DNA from: Antechinus flavipes
Taxonomy: Eukaryota
Assembly: GCF_016432865.1 (NCBI RefSeq)
Contig: NC_067403.1
Coordinates: 255,440,001-255,504,000 of the forward strand
DNA: 64,000 nt
Direction of reading: 5' to 3'
The translations under genes were made by a program, and so were the position numbers. Each line of letters opens with the position of its first letter. Positions within the stretch are counted from its first letter, which is position 1. This document shows, one piece after another, positions 23,111 to 35,100 of this stretch. The notes below the pieces were generated by a model. It saw nothing but the letters and a program-made list of their open reading frames with translations. It was not told where the DNA came from and did no database searches.

Positions 23111-26100
23111 CACACGCAAAATCGTGCACACACACACATTTACACATGTACACTCATGCACACCCACATGAACTCACACAATTTACACACACACATACAC
23201 TCACTCACTCTCTCTGGAAAAAACCAATCTCACCTGGTCAATATTGAGCCGCAGGGGCATGAGGGAAACTCGGAGACAACATTCTGGACCTCCCAGGCCG
23301 GCCTCTGGGGCCACATGGAGGGCTTTTATAGTGAGCTGGGGGGGGACGAGGAAGAGAAGTCACTGCCCCAGACCCCTCTAGATCCTGGAATCCCATGAGG
23401 ACTCCTGCCCGGGATGCCCACGGCTCCAGCTGGCACTTTCCCTTTCCGGCCCAACTTGGGCTCCTGAAAGCCAGGAGCCTTGCCCACCGCTCTGCCCCTT
23501 GAACAGAAAGGACTCATGGTCCAATCAAAGGGCTTCCTCTGGAGGTTGACAATTTCCCCACCGAAGCCCTCGGTGCACATCTCCCTTGCCATTTTAGAGA
23601 CGAATACTTGCCCGCCATTAGTCACAAGTAGAAAACCAAGAGTCATATGTGAACTTAGCTGTGTGACTCCTGACTCAATGGCCCCCAAGTCCCTTCCGGC
23701 CCCAAACAATAGTCTTTCGATTCTTCAACATCGGGAGAAGCCCGTGTGGCTCGCACAGGGGCGGCTCTCACGGTCTACCCTCCCCACCCCTCATGCAGAT
23801 TGTGGACGCTCCCGCCCCATACCATGTTAGAATGAGCCCGCCGGGGCATCTTCTCGCTTGTGTACAGGTAAAGGAACTTGTTGATCTGGGAGGAGGCCAG
23901 GCGGTCTCGAATCTCCAGCTCCTGGACGATGAACACCTGGCGGGCCAGGGGCTGCTCCCCCAACTCGGCGCCAGGGGCTGCTGCTCTCTCTGTTGGGTAA
24001 GTCTCGTGCTGGAAGCTCACCTTGGGGGACAGCAAGTGGCACGCACACACACACACACATGCACAGAGACACAGAGACGCACACAGAGACACACACGCGC
24101 GCACACACACATCAATCACTTGATGACTTGTAAGCATTTACGGATGTGCCAAATACTGTGCTAAGTTCCCGGGAGGCACAGAGTAGTCAAAAACAGCCCT
24201 TGACCTCTAGGAGCTTCCATTCTTCTCCTGCCCCAGACAGCACGCAGGCAGCTTGGGACAGTGAATTTGGATGACCCTGGGCCATAATCACCTCCCTGGG
24301 ACTCCCCATCCTCATCTGTAAAATGAGGGGAACTATATAGTTATCCCTAAAGTCTTTCCCAACTCCCGATCTGTGGTGCTAGGTTCTCAGTTTCCCTCTC
24401 TGTAACGAGAGCCTCTCGGCTCTGGACCCCGCGCCTCCTCTGCCCTTACCTTGCTGAGCTGGATCTCCATGAGGATGTGGTGCTGCCGGCCACTGCCGCC
24501 CTGGGTGCGCCAGGAGTTCTGGGGCCTATTGAGCCCAGAGCATCGTGAGGGGGAGCCCCGGGGACCCGAGAGGCCAGCTTTTGTCCTGCCGGGAAGGAAG
24601 GGTGCGTCAGTCAGCATTTATTAAGCCCCTGTTAAGTGCAGGGACAGAGAGAAGACAGCGCTGCCTTTGTGAAGCTGGGAGGGATTGCAGACCGACCCCA
24701 CCCCCCCATACTGCAACTGGAAGCGCTGAAGAGGCGGCAGGCAGATCAGGAGACCAAAGTCGTCGTCACCATGACAGGAAGTCAGGGAATAACCACGGAC
24801 GTGTTTGCCTCTTGTACGTGTGACCTCCTGCGAACCTGCCGCCACAAACACTGAGACCGAGTGACTTGTCTGGGCTCATCCGCCGAAGGGGTGACCCGGG
24901 AGTCTTCAGGGTCTCAGAAGGCGGCAGGAGCAGGACTGCAAAATTGGGAGGTGGGGGAGGGGGCTTGAGGGGAGGAAGTAGGAGGGATGAAGAGGAGAGG
25001 AGGTGGACAAAGACTGAAACAGGCAGAGAGAGACAGAAAAGGAGAGAGGAGGCAGGGAAGGAGAGGAACAGCTAAAAAAAGAAGGAGGAAGCAAGGCAGA
25101 GACAGGGGTGAGGGAGTATGCACTCGGGGTGGTAGCCATAGAGGGACCAGCAGCCCGAAAGAGGTCATGACTGGAAGGCTGGAAAGCTCAGTGGGTGGCC
25201 AAGGTTACTCTGGGGCTCTGGGAAAGGCTCCCTCTGCCTATTCCAGATGCTGCAGGCCCTGGGAGCCGTCCCAGGTTCTTATAGCTACGTGGTGGGCCCA
25301 GACACCCCCACACGAGTGATCCTCCCTGAGCCCAACCCTATGGCCGCCTCACAGGGCTTGCAAGATGTGCCCTATGACCATGCCGCCCATCCCTACCTGT
25401 GGCTGTGGTGAGGACCAAAATCGTGGCCCCCGTAAAGGTGCCAGATCAGAGAGACCTCTCGTAGCACCAGACGGTTGGTGGGCATGGGGAAGTGGGCAGG
25501 TGCTCGCAGCAGGTCCGTGCTACCCAGGGGGCGAGAGAAGTGACCGTCCCGGACCGTGATGGAGCCAGGCTGTAGCTTGGTCACCACCGGCTCGCCGTCT
25601 CGGGGCTGGAGAGAGAAGCGGTGGGGAAAGCAGACTGAGAGGTCAGGATGCCCGAGTCCCCCACTCTCCTTCCCTGCCCCCTCCCGGGCACGCACAGGGA
25701 TGCCGAGACCAGGGGCATCCAGGATGCAGAACTCATCGCTGTCCAGGGCATCCCCATCTCCGTCCTCCTCCTCCTCTTCCTCCTCCTCCTCTTCTGCTTC
25801 CTCCTCTTTGACTCCAAGGCTGCTTTCAGAGGCACTATCAGGGGGCGGAGGGGGCTGGGCCCCACCCCGCTCACCCGGGAACAGGTAAACGGACACGGGA
25901 GAGGCCTGCCGCAGGGGCCCACCACCTGCAGGGACGGAAAAGCGGGGGACGGACAGCTGGGTGGCGCCGCCGGGGGGGCACAATCCGCCCCGTGCCGCCG
26001 GCCGCCTGCCCCAGCCCGTACCTGGAGGCAGGGCCAGATCCCGCAGGCTCCGCTCCGTATCAATGAGGGCATCCGTCAGGTCCCGCTGATTGATAAGGGC

Positions 26101-29100
26101 AGTCTCAGCCGGGGGGCAGGAGGGCAGGGAAGCCGGGCTCTCCGAGAGCTGGGGGGGAGCCAAGGGGTGAATGGGAAGGAAGGAAGATAGCAAAGCTCCC
26201 CACGAGCAAGCCCAGCTGGGGCGGATCCCAAGGGGCACTCTGAGCTGTAAGCAGAGGGAAGCTGGCCCACGTGATCCCCAAGGCCTCTCGACCCCAAGGC
26301 CCACTCCCCCTCCTACTGCAAGGACATCCCAGCCAACCTCGGCAGAGAGGCCTCCTTGGGCCCTCCCTGCCCTCATCACCAGAGCAGGCGCCCACCACAA
26401 CATCCACCCCCCCCCCCTCACCTGAACCTTCTGGCCGGCGATCTCAGTGGGGCTGGGGGGCCGGGCTGGAGGGTGCAGATCCCCGGAGCCCACCACATAC
26501 TGCAGCAAGTTGGCCAGCAGGGCGCAGGAGTCGGCACAGCTGTGCAGATGCACCACGTTGTTGGAGCAGCGCAGTTCAAAGAGGGGCTGGCTCTGTGGGG
26601 AGGAGGGCACTCAGGAGGCGGCCCGGCCCAGCAGGGTCACCCAGAAGCTTGGGGTGGAGGCAGGAGCGCCCTGGCCACCGCGTGCTTGCCGTATGACCCG
26701 GGGGTCCCTTTCTCTGGGCCTGTTTTCTCATCTGGGATGAGAAGGGCCTTGGGGGCTGCTGGGAGCTCATCTCCCCTTCTCAAAGCCTGGGGTCCTCCAG
26801 GGAGGGGGCGGCCCCACAATGGCTGGGTCCCATTATTTCCCAACCTGTGGGATCTCCTGAGCTTGGCCCTTGACTTTTCCTTTCCCTTGTGACCTCTCAC
26901 CCTTGTGAGGGATGAGGCCACTGACTCGGCAGGCGCAGAGGGCTGCCCCAGGGCCACCTCTCACCCCGAGGTTCCTTCACCTTGCTCTCGGCTTGGGGCC
27001 CCCGTATCTCCTGGAGGGGATTGGGGGGCAGGTGGAGGGGGCATCTGCGCCCCGCCATATGCTGCTGCTCACCAGTTTGCCCTCCGTGCTGCCCTTCCAG
27101 GTCTTGATCACAAGCTCCAGCAGATCCACGTCCAGAACACAGACATAATCTGCAGGAAAAGTGAGGGAGGGGCTCAGCTGGCCTGGGCAGAACAGCCCCC
27201 TCTGACCTCTGAGAGGTTCCATGGTTCATTCAGCAAACATTAAACACCCATGGTGTGCAGAGCCCTGCCTGAGCGTGATCCCTGCTGGAGGGAGGGTATA
27301 TTCCTGGCCTGGCTCAAGCCCCAGATACAGCCCCATGATACACAGGTCTGAGCAAAGGCTCATTATTGGCTCCCTGAGGGGCTGGGCTGGAGGTGGGAAT
27401 TGGAGGGGGGGCTTCCTCAAGCTCCCTCACCTCTTGGGCCTCTCACCTTTGCGCAGATCGAGGGGCTCATTCCCACACCTGTCGGACAGGTAGATGGCGG
27501 AATCATCGAGGATAAACCTGGCAAGGGAGATGGGGCTGTGAACACGGGGAAGGGGGGACGGGGGGGAACTCGACTCCTCAGCCCCGTCACCTCTAGGGTC
27601 TTCGGCCCTGCCCAGCCCGAGCCATCTGCCTCCCTGCCAATCTCTCCCAACTCCAGGTCTTTGCCCTGGCTGTGCCTCCTGCCTTCTCTCTATCCGCTGG
27701 CTCACACACCACCTTCTTCCCCATGACACTCCTGAGCCCCCCAACCCCCAGGCTCAACCTCTCCTGGGCTCTCCCTTAATGAGGGCCCGTGCTTGGCCGG
27801 CTCGATGGAGGGAGGCAGAGAGCAGGACAGCCTTAGTGGGCAGGAAGGGGCGAAGGACAGGGGCCTCTGGGGCGACCCGCCCACTCCGTCCCACCACGGA
27901 GCCTTGGGTCTGCTGGACAGCCCCATCCTAGTGGGAACATCCACCCGAGACTGGACGAGCAAGGACCCAAGAGGCCAGTTTTTCAAACAAATTAGGGTTT
28001 TCTCCCCGTTGTGAGCCCCCCATTTAATGTCCCCGAGATTGCCCCCAAGCCCAAGGGGGGGTAGCTGATGTGGCCGCGGCCGGGAAGGCTGGCTGGAGAC
28101 GAGAGCTTCCCAGGCCGGGCCAGACCAGGGGCTTCTGGGAGAATGAGCTTCCTGGCCTGGCACCAGGCGGTGCTCAAGAGATACTCGCTGGCCTGGCCCG
28201 AAGTGCTAATCTGCCACAACCACCACGGGGGCTCCCTCCCAAACCCGACCCCACACGCAGTTGCCTCAGAGCCCCCTCTCCATCAGACAAGGTACAGCTC
28301 TGGTGGAGCTCAGCCCCCGGGAGCTCTGAGATGGCCCCTGGGCCGCTATAAGACCAGACCCTGGGCTCAATGGGCACCAGCAGTCCCGGGGGGAGGGGGG
28401 AGAGCATGGTACAGGGCCAGCCACCTGAGCAGGAAGGTGGAGGTGTCCATGATAATGTTGCTGGAGAGGGTGAAAGTCTCTGCAGTGATGAGGACGCGCA
28501 CGGGAAGGTGGAGAGGCCTGGGGGGAAGGGGCAGACATCAGTTACAATCGCAGCAGCGCAGACCCTGGGCAACGGCGGCCCTGAACCCCGGGTACCTGTA
28601 GTCAACGGCGCAGGAGAACAGGTGCGTGTGCAGGACGGTGATGACCGTGGGCGGCAGGAAGCCAAGGATGGGGTCGTCCAAAACATCCAAGAAATCCAGG
28701 AGCTACAGAGCAGAGAAAGGGGGTGAGGGGGGGCAGCAGGGGCTCAGAGCAGCCCCCTCACCTACCCCCCACTCACCTGGCAGTGCCAGCTTTGGTTGGG
28801 CAGGGCCATGCGGTGGCGAAGGGTGGCTCCATGTAGCCGCAGCGTAACCAGGAACTCCTGGGGGAGGAGAAATACACATTTGGAGTGTGATGGGTACTGG
28901 GGGGGCCTCCCGGGCACACGTCCGCCAAGAACCATGGGTCAGGGTGGCACAGTACCTTGACGTTCTTCTGGGGGTCCAGATGAATGCGTACAGCCGTGGA
29001 GAGCATTCGAGGGCCCTGGCCCTGGCCCTTGCGGCTCGCAGACCCCCGATCCGTCACCCCTTCCTCCGAGGGGTAGATGGTCGGGGCCAGCTGGGCGGGT

Positions 29101-32100
29101 GGGGTGAAGCTGGGCACCTCGAGGCGGGTGGGCAGCAAGTAGTCGTCCACTACGGCTGTGGGGAGGGCAGAGCCTTAGGGAGGGGCGCCCTGCTCCCCGT
29201 CCCCTCCCCCAGCCCCAGCCCATCCCCCATACCTTGGTGGTAGAGGGCCGCCTTCTCGGCCTCCAGGCAGAGGTAGCCGAGCCCCGGCTGGCCCAGATAC
29301 TGGGAGACGCTGAAGATGGTGCCCTGGGTCACATCGAGGACCAGCTCTCCATGGCAGTCGTCCAGCTTCTTCCCACCCTCCCCCTAGGGGGGGACAAGCC
29401 TGAGTGAGCCCATCCCTGCTCCGTCCTGGGCCCCACCCCAAAGGGGCTCTAGGGCCCCAACCTATTGCTCTCATGCAACTTCTCTCCTCTCAGGTCTGAA
29501 ATTCAAATGTAAAATGGGCCGAGATCATCCCTCATCCTTTTTGGCTGGAAACCCTTTGAGGAGGCCCAGGGGAGGCCTCTGCTCAGAAACTGCTCTCCTG
29601 CTGCTTCTTTATCAAGTTTCAACCCCTTTGCTTGGCATTTGAGACCCTACATCATCCTGCCCCCCCCCCTTTCAAGTCTCACCCCCTGAACTGACAACTC
29701 CTCCCAAACACACAGGGCCTTCCCTCTGCTCCGTCTCTCCCCCTGGTTCAAGCTGCACTGGCCCCTTGCTACAAAGCTGCCCCCATTTCCACTGTGGGCT
29801 AAGAACCACCTGGAGCCCTGGGTCTGCCTGATGGGTGGTCATCCCAAGTTCCCATCTTTTGGGACAGACGCGCCCTCCCGCCCAACTCACCTTGGTCTCA
29901 CATAGAACAGTGATCCGCCCCTTCAGCACCGTCACCAGCGTGGAGAAAGTGCTCTGGGTACGGGGACTCCGCGGCTCTGGCGCAGGGGGCTGTGGGACCC
30001 CCGACTCGTCCACCGAGAAGAAGTGCGCATCTTCATCTTCAGAGTCCGAGTCTGGGCAGAGGAAGAGGGGCGGGGTCACCAGGGGCCCAGTTCCCGAGCA
30101 TTGCCCCCGGCCAGGCCCTCCTTCCCAGCATCCCCGGCCTGAATGGGGTGGAAGCGACGGCCTGCGTACCCAGTTTAAAGGCGGATTTGCACATCTTGAA
30201 GTCTTCCTGCCAGAAGGCGGAGGGCCCGGGGAAGCCAGGGGCGGCCGCGGAAGCAGCAGGGCCAAGGTCGGGGAGCAGATCTCCAGGCTCCCACATGAGC
30301 AGGTCGTTATTGATCCTGGAGGGAGGGAAGGGGGTGGGGTGAGAGGAGCAGGGGCTCCCCACCCTCCCCCGCTGGGCCCCCAGGGGCTCGTTACCTGTTG
30401 TAGATGCTCTCGTAGACCTCCTTGCTGGGCAGGAAAATGTGGGCGCTGGGCAGGGTCAGCTCCAGGCTGCACCGCGACAGGGCCAGCGTTCGGCTCTGGA
30501 ATTCGCCCATCTCCTCGGGATCCCCGGGAATCACCATCTGGGGGCCGGAGGATTCCCCAAAGATCAGTGGGGATCTGTAAGCTAGTCTGGACAAGGAGGT
30601 TCTGCCAGGAGTTCACCAGAGCTCCGCTAGCTCATTCCACATTGTAGTCTTTGGAGGATAAGGTTAAAGGCGACACCCCAATGGGACAGGGGTTAAATGA
30701 TCTGCCCCAAAGCGGCTGAGCTGAAGAGGTGACCCGAGGCTTGATGTCAGAAGCTGCTTCCTAACAACCCAACTGTACCAAAGTGGAATGGACTGCCAGG
30801 AGTGAGCTCCCTGTCACTACAGGTCTTCAAGTAGAAGCTGGATGGCCAATTTTCCGTCAACCTGCTCGTCCCCACCAGCCTTGTCCGAGGCCCCGGATGG
30901 GGGCCTTTCTGGTCAGAAACCCCTCTATGGTTCCCCACCATTTAAAGAGCTCTAGACCCTGGCATTCAAGGCCTTGCATGTCAAGCTGTGTGAAGCTTCT
31001 GACTCGACCTTTTGATACGCCTACATCCCAGGCAAACCGGGCTTCTACACACAAGAGGGCGCCATGACGCCTAGAGCCCAGAAAGACCCAAGTTAAAGTC
31101 TTGCTGCCTGCCTGACCCGAACGAGGCCGTTTGCCTCACCGAGGCAATAACCTCACCTACCTCGCAGGACTGTTGTTAACGATGAAATGAGATTAGATCT
31201 GTAATATGCTTAGCACAGGGCCTGGCACACAGGAAGTGCCGTAGAGATGCTTATTCCCTCTCTCGCCTCCCAGTTCTCACTCGTAAATCCAAAGGCCTTT
31301 TCTCTGTCCTCATTCCCCTTGTTCTCTCAGCAGCCTTGGATACTGTTAGCCACTCTTGTGGCTATTCTCTTCTCTTGAGGTTTCTGGGACATCCTCCCCG
31401 CCCCCTTTCCTGGCTCTCCTCCTTCCTTTTTGACCGCGCTGTCTCCTACTCCAGATCATGTCTCCGGACATAGGGGTCCCTCAGGAATCCGTTCTGGACT
31501 CACTCCTCTTCTCCATGCTGCTTTACCTGGAGACCTCGTCAGCTCCCATTGATTCAATGACCACGTCTACACTAATTACTTTCCTATGTCCCTCTCCGGT
31601 GTCTCAGCCTTTCTGCTGATCTTCAATCTCCAATTGTTTTTCTGATGACTCTGGATATCACAGGAGACATCCTAAACTCGGTCTGTCCTAAAGTGACCTC
31701 ATTATCCTTCCCTCTAACCCCTCCCCCTCAACCTTCCCAATTACTGTGGAGAGCAAGGTCATCTTCCTAGAACTCCCAACCTAGGGCTCACCCTGGACTC
31801 CTCTCTCATCCCTCAAATCCAAGATGACCCTAAGGCCTGTGGATTTCACCTCTGCAACACCTTTTGTAGATTTCACCTTGCTAACATCTCCAGCAGATTT
31901 CACTTTTCTAACATCTCTTGTACATTTCACCTCTGCGGATACTTCTGGCAGATGTCACTCATGTAGAGGTGAAATCTACTAAAGATGTTACGGATCTCTC
32001 TGGCAGATTTTGCCTCTCTAACATCTTTTGTAGATTTTACTTCTGCAAACACCTCTAGCAGATCTCATCTAACATCTCGTTTTCATTTCATTTCTGCATA

Positions 32101-35100
32101 TATTTCTGGCAGATTTCACCCTAACACCTTTTGTCGATTTCACCTTGCTAACATCTCCGCTAGAGTCTCTGCTAGATCATGGCCTCGTGCCCTTGACCCA
32201 GCATAAACCTGGGGCAGACAAAGCCCCACCCATTCACCCTGGACTGCTACAGCTGCCCCTGGGGGTTAGCGTGCTCCAAGTCTCTGCCCACTCTTATCTA
32301 TTCAGCCACAAAAGGGATTTTCTTAAACCCCAGCTCTCTCACTACCAGAATTAAATACAAAATGACTTTCCTACTTTTCCAGCATTCAGAGAAACAGAGG
32401 CTTATGGCCATTTCCTGGCCCCCCGGCTTTTCCAGACCTGGAACACCCACCACAATCCAGATTTCCATTTCAATGAAAGCTCTGACTTTTTATGAGAAGC
32501 CCCTCCCAAATCCCCTCAAACTATTTTATGACTCTGAGATAAGACCTAAGCAAGATGATTTGGAGATTATTTTACCCAGCTCTTATCTTGGCATCCAGGC
32601 AGGGACAAAGATTGTTTTCTTCTTTCTATCCCTAGCACCTGACCCAGTACATAGTAGGTGCTTAATAAATGCTGGCTGATATGATTTGACATTTGATGGG
32701 AGGACTTCAAGTGGAAGTCTGCTTAGGCCTGCCCAGTTTGGCTGTCCCTCTGCACCCCAACAATCTCTCTCTCTCTCTCTGCTCTCATTCTAGGACAATC
32801 AAATAGGGCCCTGGGACTTGACCCTGGGCTGGTCAGTAACCCTCTCACTGTCAGGGTAAGTGGAGGGGGGGGGAAGATGCCCCCCCATTCCTCCTCAGTC
32901 TCCCCCACCCTCCAACTCCAGCAATCCTCACTTTCAGGGAAAAGCAAAGGCGGGGGGTGGGGGTGGGAGCGGGTTCTCACCTCCTCAGTCTCATACATGG
33001 TCCTCTTGGAGGAAAAGGGCGAAGGCTCAGGCTGGCGCAGCTCACAGGGGCTCTCGGCTGATGACAGCTCCACTTCTTCCCCCTTCTCCAGGACCACGTC
33101 CCACTGGGAGCTGCTATACTGGGGGTTCAGGGTCACCACTGCCCTGCCAGGGAGCAGGGCTGTTACTGGGGGATGGGAGCACAGATTTCCCAGACCCAAC
33201 ACCTCCCCTCCCCCCAACCCCCAGGGTCTCCTCTGCTGGGGGGGGGGTGTCCCCCCCACACTTACTTGGGCAGGATGTACTTGCGCTCAGGGCCCTGGGG
33301 ATCCAGGGTCTTGGAAACTCGAAGGCAGGGGACAGCAGGCTTCTCCCTGTCCTCGTAAGTTCCTACATCGGGGCAGGGGAAGGAAGGAGGGTTGGTCACG
33401 GCTGTGCCGAGTCTGGGTCAAAGTTCTGGGAGGGACCTGGGGTGGGTTCCGAGGCTCCCCTACCGTGCAGGTCGCTGCAGGTCAGCTCCAAGCGGGTGGG
33501 GGCCTGTGGGCTGGGGCCATGGCTCAGCTCAGACCGAAACTCCAGGTCCGTCAGCTCGAGGCGGAGAAGTTCCTCCCGCACGGCCCGGCCCGCCCAAGGG
33601 TTGCGCTGGGGGCGCAGGTCGGGGATGGGGAATCGCAGCCGAAGGGTGGCGTGAGGGGCCGCGACCCGCAGGACCGTCTGGCGCTCCACGGTACAAGGAG
33701 GCCCCCCTGGAGAAAGACGGGGCTCAAAAGGGCTCATGCCATCTCCTGCCTCCTCCCTGCGTTGGGGAGCAGGGCGGGGGCTTCTTGCCCAACACTGTCC
33801 TGAGACCAGAAACTGGGACTGTTCTTCCATTTTACCCATGAGGAAACTGAGGCCCAGGGTGGGGCCCACCCCCATTCTGTCCCCCACAGACAGAGAATGT
33901 GCGCTTGGCAGAGGCCCCGTCTCCGCTCTCTGCTTTCACAGGGCAAGAGAATGAGAGGGGGCAGCAGGGGATGGGCAATTGAGAGGGGGATGGGCACAGG
34001 ATCAGGGTCCCGAGGCCTCAGAGGCTCAAGTTCAAACTCCTCCCTCCTTGTAAGTCCTGGGCCATGAGGGACCAAGTTAACCGAAGCAGAATTTTAACTC
34101 AGATCCTCAGAACCTTGGTCAGGAGACTTGACTGCTCAGCTCCCACCCGCGTGGGCTGGCAAGGGCAGGAGCCGGGGCTGCCCAGGGAACCCCGGGCAAT
34201 CCCTGAACAACTCTGGCCCGTTCCCTCGCCCGAAAAATCGGGAGGCCCCCCGAGCCTGCCTGCCTTTCCCAGGAGACCCTAAGCCTTCTTGGCTAGGATG
34301 TCCATGGCCTCAGAAGCTGAGAACGTCGGGCTCTGTCCCCTCCCCGGCAGGCTCCCTATATTCCTGAAATCTGGCCCAGCCCATAAGCCAACAAAACCCT
34401 GGAAACTGAGACCTCTTCCACCCTCTAAGTCCTGGGCAAAATCCCCTTTTCTTTGCTCAGGAAAGCGCTTTTTCACCGGTCCCAGGCCTGGGGCGCCCTC
34501 CCATCTCTCCTCTGCCTTAGAGCCCACCTTGCTCCATTTCCTTGCCCAGCTTCCAGAGCTCCGTCTTCCTCAAGGGCAGCTGTGAGTTTGCTGCCAAACT
34601 GCTTCGAGCTCTCGTTCCTTTCCCCAGCCCTCCTCCCTCTCGCTCCCTCCTCCCACAGGCTGGCTCACCAGCAGGCCCTGCTCCCGGGCCATCGGGGTGG
34701 TGGCAAGATGGAAAAGCGCCCCGAGCCGGTCCAGAGCCCCCAGCTCCACGTCAGACTGGAATTCGGCCAGTTCCAAGGACAAGTCGGAGGTACAGAGGCA
34801 CGAGGCCGGCCGCCGGGGGTGGCTCTATCGGTGGACAAAGGCGGAAGGACACAGGGTTAGAGGCGTGCCGGAGACAGGCCTGGAAGCAAGTCGGAAGCCG
34901 AAACCTCGTTCTGCTAATGAGGGGATCCTTACCTTGGGGATCCGGCGCTGGGTCTGGATGTACCGCAGGTGTGCACAGGGGCGGGCCGAGGCCCCGAAGC
35001 CGGAGCCGTTGGGGAAGCTCAGGAGCTGGTGGGACAGGAGGCGGGGGAGGGGGGAGTGAGGGCCTGGCAGCCCCCCTCGTACTTCCCAGCAGGGCCGGGA

